From a virus (taxonomy: Duplodnaviria > Heunggongvirae > Uroviricota > Caudoviricetes), in the IMG/VR virus record IMGVR_UViG_3300035188_001315: a DNA stretch of 26,450 nucleotides. The stretch is one strand, 5' to 3'. The position numbers were made by a program, and so were the translations under genes. Below are positions 1 to 7,692 of the stretch, one piece after another. The notes below the pieces were generated by a model that was not told the origin of the DNA, searched no databases, and worked only from the letters and a program-made list of their open reading frames with translations. Every line of letters begins with the position of its first letter. Within the stretch, counting starts at the first letter, position 1.

Positions 1-110
1 ATGAAGAGGAACAAGAGGAACCTGTAGGAGATGAAGAGGAACAAGAGGAACCTGTAGGAGATGAAGAGGAACAAGAGGAACCTGTAGGAGATGAAGAGGA
101 ACAAGAGGAA
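1..110 (+). repeat. 30-bp tandem repeat, 3.67 copies visible
   Basis: atgaagaggaacaagaggaacctgtaggag repeated exactly. Confidence 0.97.
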
Positions 111-137
111 GTATTTAGCCGCACCATTATGGTATGA
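3..137 (+). CDS. 3' end of an acidic repeat protein (DEEEQEEPVG repeats), truncated by window start
   Basis: Frame 3 reads EEEQEEPVGD x3 then EEEQEEVFSRTIMV-TGA(135-137). Confidence 0.7.
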   Translation, partial: EEEQEEPVGDEEEQEEPVGDEEEQEEPVGDEEEQEEVFSRTIMV

Positions 138-180
138 GATGCCCGGCTAGTTTTTGCTCCTCTTCTTTGCTCAACAATTT

Positions 181-264
181 AACCGAGGCGTCAAAAAAAC
201 CGAGTATCCGAAAAACATCGGCGTCAAAAAAACCGAGGCAAAAAAAATCCCAGTGGCAAAAAAA
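181..264. repeat. Intergenic A-tract/iteron-like repeats
   Basis: GGCGTCAAAAAAACCGAG at 187-204 and 220-237; GGCAAAAAAA at 237-246 and 255-264. Confidence 0.8.
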
Positions 265-345
265 CCTTGGGACTTTTTAAAATTATAGTATAATATTAAC
301 TATTTCGTTTTTTTAACATTGGTTTTTTAACACCTTCAAAAAAAT

Positions 346-774
346 TTAAAGCGATTTTAAAAATGCATAGGCCTCATGATATTTTTTCAATCTATCAAAA
401 TCTTTTTCAGTCAATCCTTTCATTCTGTTAATATCACTGTTGTGTCTCAAATCTGCCATCTTAATTGCTCTAGCAGTTTCCGAAACAGATAATTTTCTGA
501 CGTACTCCATGTAATCACCATGTTTAGAGTGAGTTAACAAAGTGATAATTGAAATCACTTCAGGTGAAAACCCTTCATATTTTACATCTTCAAAAGTCCA
601 TTCGGTATCTTCTACTAAATCATGCAATACTGCCGCAATCATAGCTTCTTCACCTAAATCGGAAACTGCCTCCATTACATGTAAACAGTGTAAAATATAA
701 GGGTTACCTCCTTTGTCAGTTTTATCAATAAATGCTTTTGATGCTATTGCGATTGCTTTGCCTAATAGTTTCAT
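346..774 (-). CDS. HD-domain phosphohydrolase, RelA/SpoT-hydrolase (small alarmone hydrolase/Mesh1)-like
   Basis: PYILH, AAVLHDLVEDT and IKMADLRHN motifs; start at 774 fits the RBS AAAGGTAGGT better than 792. Confidence 0.85.
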   Translation of the reverse strand: MKLLGKAIAIASKAFIDKTDKGGNPYILHCLHVMEAVSDLGEEAMIAAVLHDLVEDTEWTFEDVKYEGFSPEVISIITLLTHSKHGDYMEYVRKLSVSETARAIKMADLRHNSDINRMKGLTEKDFDRLKKYHEAYAFLKSL

Positions 775-822
775 TTTGGACCTACCTTTCAATTAGTGAG
801 TGGTTTTCTAAATCGATGAGCT

Positions 823-851
823 ATTGTAGCAAAGTCAATCTACAATGTCAA
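823..851 (-). promoter_or_regulatory. sigma70 promoter
   Basis: TTGACA-17-TACAAT with extended TG. Confidence 0.85.
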
Positions 852-1087
852 TCTTTTTTTTCTGTTTTTTTATTAATAGTGCGTAATGCTTTATTTTCTA
901 ATTGTAGTGACTTTGAGTAGGTGAAGAGTTTTTCCACCTGGGTTTCTAATGAATGAATGACATCTAACATTTCCACATACAGTTCCGCTAACTCATAATG
1001 GGAAAGGGTTTCCATAATATGCTTTACATCAATTAGGGCAGTGTCAACTAAGGTTTTTCCTTCTTTTAATTTATTTAAATTGTCCAT
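848..1087 (-). CDS. hypothetical coiled-coil protein
   Basis: 79-aa ORF, heptad-like pattern. Confidence 0.7.
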   Translation of the reverse strand: MDNLNKLKEGKTLVDTALIDVKHIMETLSHYELAELYVEMLDVIHSLETQVEKLFTYSKSLQLENKALRTINKKTEKKD

Positions 1088-1112
1088 TATTAATCCTGAT
1101 TTTGATTGATAG

Positions 1113-1140
1113 AAAAAGCCCCCATTTTAAAGGGGGCTTT
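1113..1140 (-). terminator. intrinsic terminator
   Basis: AAAGCCCCC-TTTAAAAT-GGGGGCTTTTT after the ATPase gene. Confidence 0.85.
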
Positions 1141-1147
1141 GCTTGGG

Positions 1148-2077
1148 TTAAATTGATACTAATAAATATTTTACAGCTGGTTGCCATTCGGTGGTGTTTT
1201 CTAAACCATACGAACTCAATACTTTGGTTGCTTTCATTAAGGTTCTCAAATTGAATTCTCTTGCTTCGTCTGAGTGCTTAGCCATAAATTCCAATGCCGC
1301 TTCTTTAACATCCATTGAATAGTCTGGAAGAATTTTGTGTAAAATTGCTTGCATACGTTCAATTTTATCTTGGATGGTCATGCTCAAATCAATCGTAATG
1401 GAACGTGAACGAATCGCTTGGTCTAACTTATCCGAACCAATGTTTGAAATAAAAATAACTTGACCAGTGAATTCAAAAGATGCTGGGTATTCATCTTCAA
1501 TAAATCCTTTTGATAACCAGCTAATTGTTCTCACCGCATAGGAATCTAATGCACCTTTTAAAAGATTGACAGCAATAGGATCTTTTAACACTGAGTCACA
1601 GTCATCAAAAACAATCACTTTACCATTGTTCTCATAGAGAGTTGCATAAACTGCTTTGGGTGTTGCGAAACCCTTAACCACCACAAAATCGATTTCTTCT
1701 TTTTTGTTTCTGGCTTTCAACGCATCAAACACAGTGTGACTTTTACCTAAACCACCTTCACCGGTTACAATTGCAGATGGTAAAATGCCATCAATTACCA
1801 TTGTGGTAAACTTTGATAAAAATTCGAATCTTTGATTAATAGGGAATTCGGATTGCAAAGGTTTAAAAGGATTCATTGTTCTTGTTACTGAATTGCTCAC
1901 GTACTCACCGTCCAACAACTCAATACCATTTTCGGTTACTTGGTAACTAAAACCTTTTTTAGAGAAAATGCCATCAGCGTTAACAGTACGAGAATAAACT
2001 GCCTTACCGGTGCCAACGGTGAAATTAACGGTGTGGCTGTCTGATGAAACTAAGGTAAGAACTTGTGCATTTGACAT
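1148..2077 (-). CDS. AAA+ family ATPase
   Basis: Walker A GEGGLGKS, Walker B VIVFDDCD, Arg-finger-like AIRSRS; own promoter and RBS. Confidence 0.88.
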   Translation of the reverse strand: MSNAQVLTLVSSDSHTVNFTVGTGKAVYSRTVNADGIFSKKGFSYQVTENGIELLDGEYVSNSVTRTMNPFKPLQSEFPINQRFEFLSKFTTMVIDGILPSAIVTGEGGLGKSHTVFDALKARNKKEEIDFVVVKGFATPKAVYATLYENNGKVIVFDDCDSVLKDPIAVNLLKGALDSYAVRTISWLSKGFIEDEYPASFEFTGQVIFISNIGSDKLDQAIRSRSITIDLSMTIQDKIERMQAILHKILPDYSMDVKEAALEFMAKHSDEAREFNLRTLMKATKVLSSYGLENTTEWQPAVKYLLVSI

Positions 2078-2124
2078 TTTGGAACCCCTTTTAAATAGTG
2101 ATTAGTTTTCTAAATTGGTGAGTT

Positions 2125-2153
2125 ATTATAGCATAACTCACCAATGGTGTCAA
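2125..2153 (-). promoter_or_regulatory. sigma70 promoter inside a 13-bp inverted repeat
   Basis: TTGACA-17-TATAAT; IR 2114-2126/2133-2145. Confidence 0.88.
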
Positions 2154-2166
2154 CAGTTTTTTTGAT

Positions 2167-2355
2167 TTATTTTTTATTTTTTAATGCTGCGAGTGCGATA
2201 TTCATCGGACATTTTACTGAATTTTCTTTACATTCTACTAATGGACAGGTAAAACATAATTTTTCAACATCGGTTAAGGTGTAGTCGAATGGTGATTTTT
2301 CAGCATCGAAATTTTCAAAAAATGCTGGTTCGACGTATAAAGTAGTTGATGACAT
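2167..2355 (-). CDS. small Cys4 protein (Cx2Cx4Cx6CP)
   Basis: 62-aa ORF with RBS AAGGAAGGT and own promoter. Confidence 0.8.
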   Translation of the reverse strand: MSSTTLYVEPAFFENFDAEKSPFDYTLTDVEKLCFTCPLVECKENSVKCPMNIALAALKNKK

Positions 2356-2405
2356 AGTGTACCTTCCTTTTGATTAAATTGAGTGGATTTCTAAATTGAT
2401 AAGCT

Positions 2406-2434
2406 ATTGTATCATTGTTTAATTGCTGTGTCAA
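2406..2434 (-). promoter_or_regulatory. sigma70 promoter
   Basis: TTGACA-17-TACAAT, extended TG. Confidence 0.85.
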
Positions 2435-2470
2435 CAATTATTTTGCCAACACAGCAAAATAATTTTAAAT

Positions 2471-2662
2471 TTAGTAACTGAGGTTAAATGGATTGGTGTT
2501 GACTACTTTTATTTTTTCACCGAATTTAATTTTACGGTAGGTGTAGAATTTTGTTCTTTTAATGTCGACACGTACTTTTCTATTAATGCGTTCCATCGAT
2601 TTTCTAAAGGGATTGATGCCAAAAACCAATGCTTCGTTTGATTCTGCGTTAATGATTTTCAT
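2471..2662 (-). CDS. small basic hypothetical protein
   Basis: 63-aa ORF, RBS AAGGAAGGT. Confidence 0.8.
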   Translation of the reverse strand: MKIINAESNEALVFGINPFRKSMERINRKVRVDIKRTKFYTYRKIKFGEKIKVVNTNPFNLSY

Positions 2663-2709
2663 TGTGTACCTTCCTTTTAATTAAGATTGATTTATTGAAT
2701 TGATGTGCT

Positions 2710-2738
2710 ATTGTAACCGAATTTTTTGTATTTGTCAA
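2710..2738 (-). promoter_or_regulatory. sigma70 promoter
   Basis: TTGACA-17-TACAAT. Confidence 0.85.
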
Positions 2739-2744
2739 CTCTTT

Positions 2745-3044
2745 TTATGCTAAAAATTGTGTAGGTTTCGGTAATCTAATATTGGCACCTGTGAATTTTT
2801 TTAATTTGTTAAATCCAAAATCAACAGAACCATCATACCCCTCTTCAAAATAGGTAACAGAACCATCATAGACATTAACAATGGACTTGGTGTAAGTTAC
2901 TTCTTGTTTCCATTCTACCCAACGACACCAGACCATACCATACCCATTATAATCGTACTGGCGAAAAAACCAAACACCATCTTCTCTTTGAGCTAGTTGA
3001 ACATCTCTACCATAAGTGTCACTGCCAGTATAGATTGTTGCCAT
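2745..3044 (-). CDS. aromatic-rich hypothetical phage protein
   Basis: 99-aa ORF, RBS AAGGAAGGT. Confidence 0.85.
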   Translation of the reverse strand: MATIYTGSDTYGRDVQLAQREDGVWFFRQYDYNGYGMVWCRWVEWKQEVTYTKSIVNVYDGSVTYFEEGYDGSVDFGFNKLKKFTGANIRLPKPTQFLA

Positions 3045-3091
3045 TGTGTACCTTCCTTTTAATTAAGAGTGATTTATTGAATTGATGAGCT

Positions 3092-3120
3092 ATTCTAACA
3101 TAACTCATTAATGATGTCAA
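3092..3120 (-). promoter_or_regulatory. sigma70 promoter
   Basis: TTGACA-17-TAGAAT, extended TG. Confidence 0.85.
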
Positions 3121-3127
3121 CATTTAA

Positions 3128-3316
3128 TTATTCACTAAACATTGCTGGAGAAATTACAGTATCGTGCAATTGATAGGCATCATAAAAATCACCGTAAACC
3201 GACTCAGCAATATCCATTGCCTTATCAATGGTAGATGCGTCGATACGAACAGGTTGTTGATCTGGTTTGATTTGAACTGCAAATTTTTTCAATTTCATTT
3301 TGAACCCCATTAGCAA
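3128..3316 (-). CDS. hypothetical protein (start may be a downstream Met, e.g. 3298)
   Basis: ORF behind its own promoter. Confidence 0.7.
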   Translation of the reverse strand: MLMGFKMKLKKFAVQIKPDQQPVRIDASTIDKAMDIAESVYGDFYDAYQLHDTVISPAMFSE

Positions 3317-3346
3317 TAAAAAGAATGTTTATTTAATTGATGTGCT

Positions 3347-3375
3347 ATTGTATCAAATCTATTTTTAAATGTCAA
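3347..3375 (-). promoter_or_regulatory. sigma70 promoter
   Basis: TTGACA-17-TACAAT, extended TG. Confidence 0.85.
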
Positions 3376-3388
3376 GCGTTTTTAAAAA

Positions 3389-3646
3389 TTATTTTTCATT
3401 TAATTTACATTTTTTAGTTGATCCCTGATAAAACATAGGGGCTAATGTTTGTGGGTTTTCTTTAGTGCCCGTGAAATAATACACCTGACCGTTTAAACAC
3501 GTTTGTGACAGATTGGTTAGCTCACTATAATTTGGCTGTGGTGCACTTTCTGAATTTACCAGTGTAAGCAATAATAATCCAGATAAACAAAAAATGAAAA
3601 TTGAAATTAGAGGTGTTTTTAAATGTGGTTGCATAAGTGTCTCCAT
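3389..3646 (-). CDS. membrane-anchored/exported two-Cys protein
   Basis: Hydrophobic N-terminus, then CLNGQVYY...KKC. Confidence 0.75.
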   Translation of the reverse strand: METLMQPHLKTPLISIFIFCLSGLLLLTLVNSESAPQPNYSELTNLSQTCLNGQVYYFTGTKENPQTLAPMFYQGSTKKCKLNEK

Positions 3647-3656
3647 TGTAAAAAGA

Positions 3657-4226
3657 TTAATTAGAGAAATATTTTAAAATGTTTTCAGGTAATGGACTAA
3701 AAGGATCTAAGTCATGAGCATAAAATCTGCCAATGCCAGTTACATGTGCATAATAAGAAACTCTGTTATCCATACCAATGCCTAAATCTAAATGAAATCC
3801 TTTAGCAGAATAATTTTTTCTTAGGTTATGTGATGTAATTTTAAAAACCACTTCACCATCAGCATTCAAAGAAATGGTCAATTTACCATTTATTTTTGTT
3901 GGTAATCGATCAAAGAAAAATTTAGTTGATTGCAATTGACATTCAGTTGGTATTGAAGCACCATCAACTTTTTTTAAAAATTTTTCGAATTCATTTAAAG
4001 GTCTTTCTTTTTGATACCGTTGTTCAAATTCCTCATTAGTTTCTAATCTTGATCGAATAACTCTTAACTCAGCACTATCCCATTCATGGAAAAATTCCAC
4101 TTCTACCATAGGAAACCCAGCGGCTAATGCTTCCTTTTCAATAGCGTCTAGTCGACTAATAAAATCAGTGACTGAGCATCGATCGAATTCTACCACAATT
4201 ACTTCAGAAATATGTTTACGTTCCAT
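3657..4226 (-). CDS. hypothetical protein
   Basis: 189-aa ORF with RBS GAGGAGG; RLETNEEFEQR motif of the kind common in phage hypotheticals. Confidence 0.85.
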   Translation of the reverse strand: MERKHISEVIVVEFDRCSVTDFISRLDAIEKEALAAGFPMVEVEFFHEWDSAELRVIRSRLETNEEFEQRYQKERPLNEFEKFLKKVDGASIPTECQLQSTKFFFDRLPTKINGKLTISLNADGEVVFKITSHNLRKNYSAKGFHLDLGIGMDNRVSYYAHVTGIGRFYAHDLDPFSPLPENILKYFSN

Positions 4227-4240
4227 AAGTACCTCCTCTT

Positions 4241-4426
4241 TTAATATAATTCAACATCGTTTCGTATTGTGTTATCAACATAGAAACATTTAGTAGTGGG
4301 GTAATGTAATTTAAATAATGATTGATAAGATATTCGAGATTGTTCACATTGTGTCTGACTAGTGTTTTCAATCTGAAGCTGTTGTACATTACCATTTACT
4401 ATCAATGTCACCAATAAAACCCACAT
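4241..4426 (-). CDS. small exported two-Cys protein
   Basis: MWVLLVTLIV...C...C pattern; RBS AAGGAGG. Confidence 0.8.
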   Translation of the reverse strand: MWVLLVTLIVNGNVQQLQIENTSQTQCEQSRISYQSLFKLHYPTTKCFYVDNTIRNDVELY

Positions 4427-4461
4427 TTTTACCTCCTTGACTATTATTGAAACTGAGTTTT

Positions 4462-4490
4462 ATTCTAACATAAATCAGTATAACTGTCAA
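4462..4490 (-). promoter_or_regulatory. sigma70 promoter; -35 box contains the upstream gene's TGA stop
   Basis: TTGACA-17-TAGAAT, extended TG. Confidence 0.8.
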
Positions 4491-4813
4491 CTGCCTACAT
4501 CAATTTTTTTAAACACATTCGTATAAAATAAAATCATGTTAGGAATAGTATTAATATCGAATGACACTGAGACTATGCTCAAATCGGGATCATATTTACA
4601 ATCGACTGTAAGTGATGCATTATTTGGTGTATAATCTACACTCATATCATATAATATTTCACAGGTGTTAGCATCGAGAACATACCATTTTTGTGTATTC
4701 AAATTGCCCACGGAGTTTTGAATGTCAATACCATCAACAATAATAAAACTGTCATTTTCGATAGCAGTTAATCTGTCTTCTAATTTTTCTCTGATAAGTT
4801 CAATTAATTTCAT
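4487..4813 (-). CDS. hypothetical protein
   Basis: 108-aa ORF, RBS GGAG. Confidence 0.8.
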   Translation of the reverse strand: MKLIELIREKLEDRLTAIENDSFIIVDGIDIQNSVGNLNTQKWYVLDANTCEILYDMSVDYTPNNASLTVDCKYDPDLSIVSVSFDINTIPNMILFYTNVFKKIDVGS

Positions 4814-4857
4814 GTTAGTTTGCTCCAGTTAATTAAAAAACTGTTTAAGACAGTTTG

Positions 4858-5004
4858 CTATTTTCTATCACCACTCAATCTAAACGGACATTCTGCTGAA
4901 TCACATGATGGCAACACACACCGGGCACAAACCAAATTTTCTTCATAGTTATGTTCAAACATTTCTTCGATAGTTTCATAACAAAAATCTTCTTGTAAAT
5001 CCAT
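4858..5004 (-). CDS. 48-aa acidic Cys4 protein (not in ORF track)
   Basis: MDLQEDFCYETIEEMFEHNYEENLVCARCVLPSCDSAECPFRLSGDRK; RBS AGGGG, promoter directly upstream. Confidence 0.75.
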   Translation of the reverse strand: MDLQEDFCYETIEEMFEHNYEENLVCARCVLPSCDSAECPFRLSGDRK

Positions 5005-5033
5005 TATAACCCCCTTTTTTTAATTGATGTGGT

Positions 5034-5062
5034 ATTATAGCAAAATGAAGGGGTATTGTCAA
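5034..5062 (-). promoter_or_regulatory. sigma70 promoter
   Basis: TTGACA-17-TATAAT, extended TG. Confidence 0.88.
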
Positions 5063-5087
5063 GAGTTTTTTTGATTTATTTTTGTGC

Positions 5088-5119
5088 AAAAAAAAGAGAT
5101 GGTACACCATCTCTTTTTT
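5088..5119. terminator. bidirectional intrinsic terminator
   Basis: AGAGATGG-TACA-CCATCTCT flanked by A and T runs. Confidence 0.85.
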
Positions 5120-5133
5120 AATATAACTGGGTT

Positions 5134-5643
5134 TTAATCAACCAAACTACGATCGCTGTTCGGATAGGTAGTTTTTTTCAATTTTGCTGGATCACCATAC
5201 ATGCCGCCAGGACCGTATTCGTCTTCTTCAGGTGATGTGACTTTACCCGAGATTTTTTCTTTTGGAGCTAAACTAACCACTAAATCTTTTCCAAATCGAT
5301 CCTTAAATTCTTTACCTGCTGCAATACACCAATCAGTATATTTTGATTTTGAAATACTATCTACAAATAATTTAAAATAGTCATATGGATGATCCCACCA
5401 GGTAGTATCTTCATCACTATTTCTTTTTGATAATCTAACAACATCTATTTTTTTAACATCAAGATACATCTCTGCTTTATTGACATTTATTCCCAGACAA
5501 CGAGATTGAATAAATGATTCCACTTGTTTTTGATCAAATCCTGCAATTGCTTTTGAAAGTTGTGCTTGTGATAAAACCACTTTGTATTGTGTCTTAGCAG
5601 CATCAACTGCTTTAGCTTCAACCAATAATTCTCTAACTAACAT
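5134..5643 (-). CDS. hypothetical protein, candidate late head-packaged protein
   Basis: 169-aa ORF, RBS GGAG, N-terminus MLVRELLVEAK. Confidence 0.8.
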   Translation of the reverse strand: MLVRELLVEAKAVDAAKTQYKVVLSQAQLSKAIAGFDQKQVESFIQSRCLGINVNKAEMYLDVKKIDVVRLSKRNSDEDTTWWDHPYDYFKLFVDSISKSKYTDWCIAAGKEFKDRFGKDLVVSLAPKEKISGKVTSPEEDEYGPGGMYGDPAKLKKTTYPNSDRSLVD

Positions 5644-5701
5644 AAATGTTCTCCGTTTTGTTATTTTTTAAATTCAATTATATTTATTCGGTGTGGTCAA
5701 T

Positions 5702-5729
5702 AAAAAAGGGATTTTAAATTCCCTTTTTT
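5702..5729. terminator. intrinsic terminator
   Basis: AAAAAAGGGA-TTTTAAAT-TCCCTTTTTT. Confidence 0.8.
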
Positions 5730-5741
5730 AAATTTAGTTTC

Positions 5742-6032
5742 TTAAAACACTCTAACCGTTAAACCTTTATAGAATGTTGTTAAACGACCGTAAGGTTGTT
5801 GTGCAGGTTTAAAAGATTCACTCTTGACCACAAATTGTAAATCGGGGTATTTTTTTGAAATCTTTTTAGAAATCTTTTTAACGTGTTTTGGTTTCACATC
5901 AAAAATTCCAGCAAATTTATATCTACGTTCAAACGTTTTACGTTTATCGTTAAATACTCTACGTGGTTCTTTACCAGTAACTTTAACCACGATTTCTTTT
6001 AAATCCAATGTAAGTTGTAATGATGTAGTCAT
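5742..6032 (-). CDS. basic hypothetical protein
   Basis: 96-aa Lys/Arg-rich ORF, RBS GGAG. Confidence 0.8.
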   Translation of the reverse strand: MTTSLQLTLDLKEIVVKVTGKEPRRVFNDKRKTFERRYKFAGIFDVKPKHVKKISKKISKKYPDLQFVVKSESFKPAQQPYGRLTTFYKGLTVRVF

Positions 6033-6084
6033 GTTGGATCTCCAAATAATTAACAGTTGATGATTAATTTCTTACTATGGGTTT

Positions 6085-6113
6085 ATTATAATAGATTATA
6101 GGTCAATTGTCAA
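6085..6113 (-). promoter_or_regulatory. sigma70 promoter
   Basis: TTGACA-17-TATAAT; leader CCATAGTAAGAAA shared with the tRNA-operon promoters. Confidence 0.85.
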
Positions 6114-6149
6114 GATATTTTGAAGAAAAAAAATGGGTTACTTTTTATT

Positions 6150-6410
6150 ATTCTGTGAGTATCCCACAACACAGTTTGCCCTGCTATTTGCTATCGTACT
6201 TTCAGATAGTCCCAAGTCTCCAATTCACAGGTGTCGGGCCATTACCGGTGTTAGCTAACCTAACCTTTTTGATAGTCATTTAACACTATCAAAAAAGTAA
6301 TCTACGGTTGACAATCTAAATATTTACCAAGGGGCATAATCGATATAGCCTCTAGCATCCTCGGAAGGATCAACTCTAACTGTGTTCAAGATTACTTTTG
6401 TGATAGTGTC
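6150..6410 (-). ncRNA. putative structured ncRNA, unknown family
   Basis: No ORF, GC-enriched; 20-bp IR 6284-6303/6389-6408; 11-bp hairpin 6266-6276/6285-6295; 9-bp long-range helix 6168-6176/6378-6386. Confidence 0.55.
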
Positions 6411-6467
6411 ATGTCCCCCTGTTATTTGTACTAGTTGTCAATATGGTTAAACTGAAAAACTACCATG

Positions 6468-6746
6468 TTAAAACTCATAATATTCGTCTATGATTTCACC
6501 TGAAACAGTTTCTGCAATACCCCGATAAAAACTCATAGCTGTTTCACCTAATTTAACAGTATGACCAGCTTGTAATTCAAACCGATAAATTTCCTGTGGA
6601 TCACCACCATAACTAACTTCTATTCGTAACCCGTCAACTCCAGGATCAGTGTAACCAACATATTTAAATGAATACTTGTAATAACTTTCAAAGGACACCA
6701 CAACATCAGCATACTTTTCGATAAATTCTTCTTCACTTAATTCCAT
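6468..6746 (-). CDS. acidic hypothetical protein
   Basis: 92-aa ORF, RBS GGAG; YYKYSF and GG-x4-IYRF pattern. Confidence 0.85.
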   Translation of the reverse strand: MELSEEEFIEKYADVVVSFESYYKYSFKYVGYTDPGVDGLRIEVSYGGDPQEIYRFELQAGHTVKLGETAMSFYRGIAETVSGEIIDEYYEF

Positions 6747-6862
6747 ATCATCTCCATGAGTTTGTGATACTATTTGATTAATATGCTTGTCTATTCCAAG
6801 CAGTCACTAATCGGGTAAGATTAGAATTCTCTAGGTCTACTAAAAACAGAATACCTGTTAAT

Positions 6863-7058
6863 TTGATAGTTACTGGTACTGATCTCCAGTTTACGTTCTT
6901 GCGTCTTTATACTCGACGAATAGTGCGTGGTTTCCAACCGTTGTGGCTCACGGCACGTCCACGTTAAACCTTTTCCAATACGTTATCCGATAGCATAACT
7001 CCACTGGCTACCGTGTCGTTTAAAGATATGTGTATCAGCCTACACAATCAACTATCAA
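6863..7058 (-). ncRNA. putative ncRNA module 3 of repeated family
   Basis: Terminal stem TTGATAGTT/AACTATCAA; 5' hairpin TGTGT-AGGCTGAT-ACACA; 3' GTAAACTGGAGATCAGT. Confidence 0.65.
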
Positions 7059-7238
7059 TAGATACACTTATTTGAATTCCTTATACTGTAGTACAATTTC
7101 CTCGACCTAAGTACATCTATTCATAGTGTTTGTCTTTCCAAGCCACGCATTATTTTTTGTGCATTAAGGCTGTCCGCATAACTACATTTGCCACTTTTGG
7201 ATGGTAGTGCTTCCATTTTACAGTAACCTCAACCCTAA

Positions 7239-7481
7239 TCAGTTGGGTTGTAATTTTGTGTGTTTTTGATATAATGTGACGACTTCATTATGTGCTTCTT
7301 GAAACGCATCACCATGTGTATCAACCATTGTCATTTTTTCTGGTGCATGAACTGCATTATACATAGCTTGAGTTATTCCTCGAATTCTACCCAGAATTTC
7401 ATTTTTAAATTCAAAGTTTAAATCGCTACTGTTAAACATATTAAAAATGTCATCAGATATATATCTTGTTTCTATTTTCAT
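7239..7481 (-). CDS. hypothetical protein
   Basis: 80-aa ORF between ncRNA modules. Confidence 0.7.
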   Translation of the reverse strand: MKIETRYISDDIFNMFNSSDLNFEFKNEILGRIRGITQAMYNAVHAPEKMTMVDTHGDAFQEAHNEVVTLYQKHTKLQPN

Positions 7482-7509
7482 ATTATAATCTCATTGGTGT
7501 TTAAAATTG

Positions 7510-7622
7510 TTGATAGTTGCTGACACTGATCTCCAGTTTACTGCGTCTTGACACTTAACTGTTGGTCCACCCTCCCAGCACATCCCACACTGTACGTATC
7601 AACCCACGCATCTAACTATCAA
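7510..7622 (-). ncRNA. putative ncRNA module 2 of repeated family
   Basis: Terminal stem TTGATAGTT/AACTATCAA; hairpin TGCGT-GGGTTGAT-ACGTA; 3' GTAAACTGGAGATCAGT. Confidence 0.65.
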
Positions 7623-7692
7623 TGATAATACCAGGCTTCGGAACTCAAACCCGCATGATTTAAAAGATGTGCTTCACCTAGTATTATCATTG

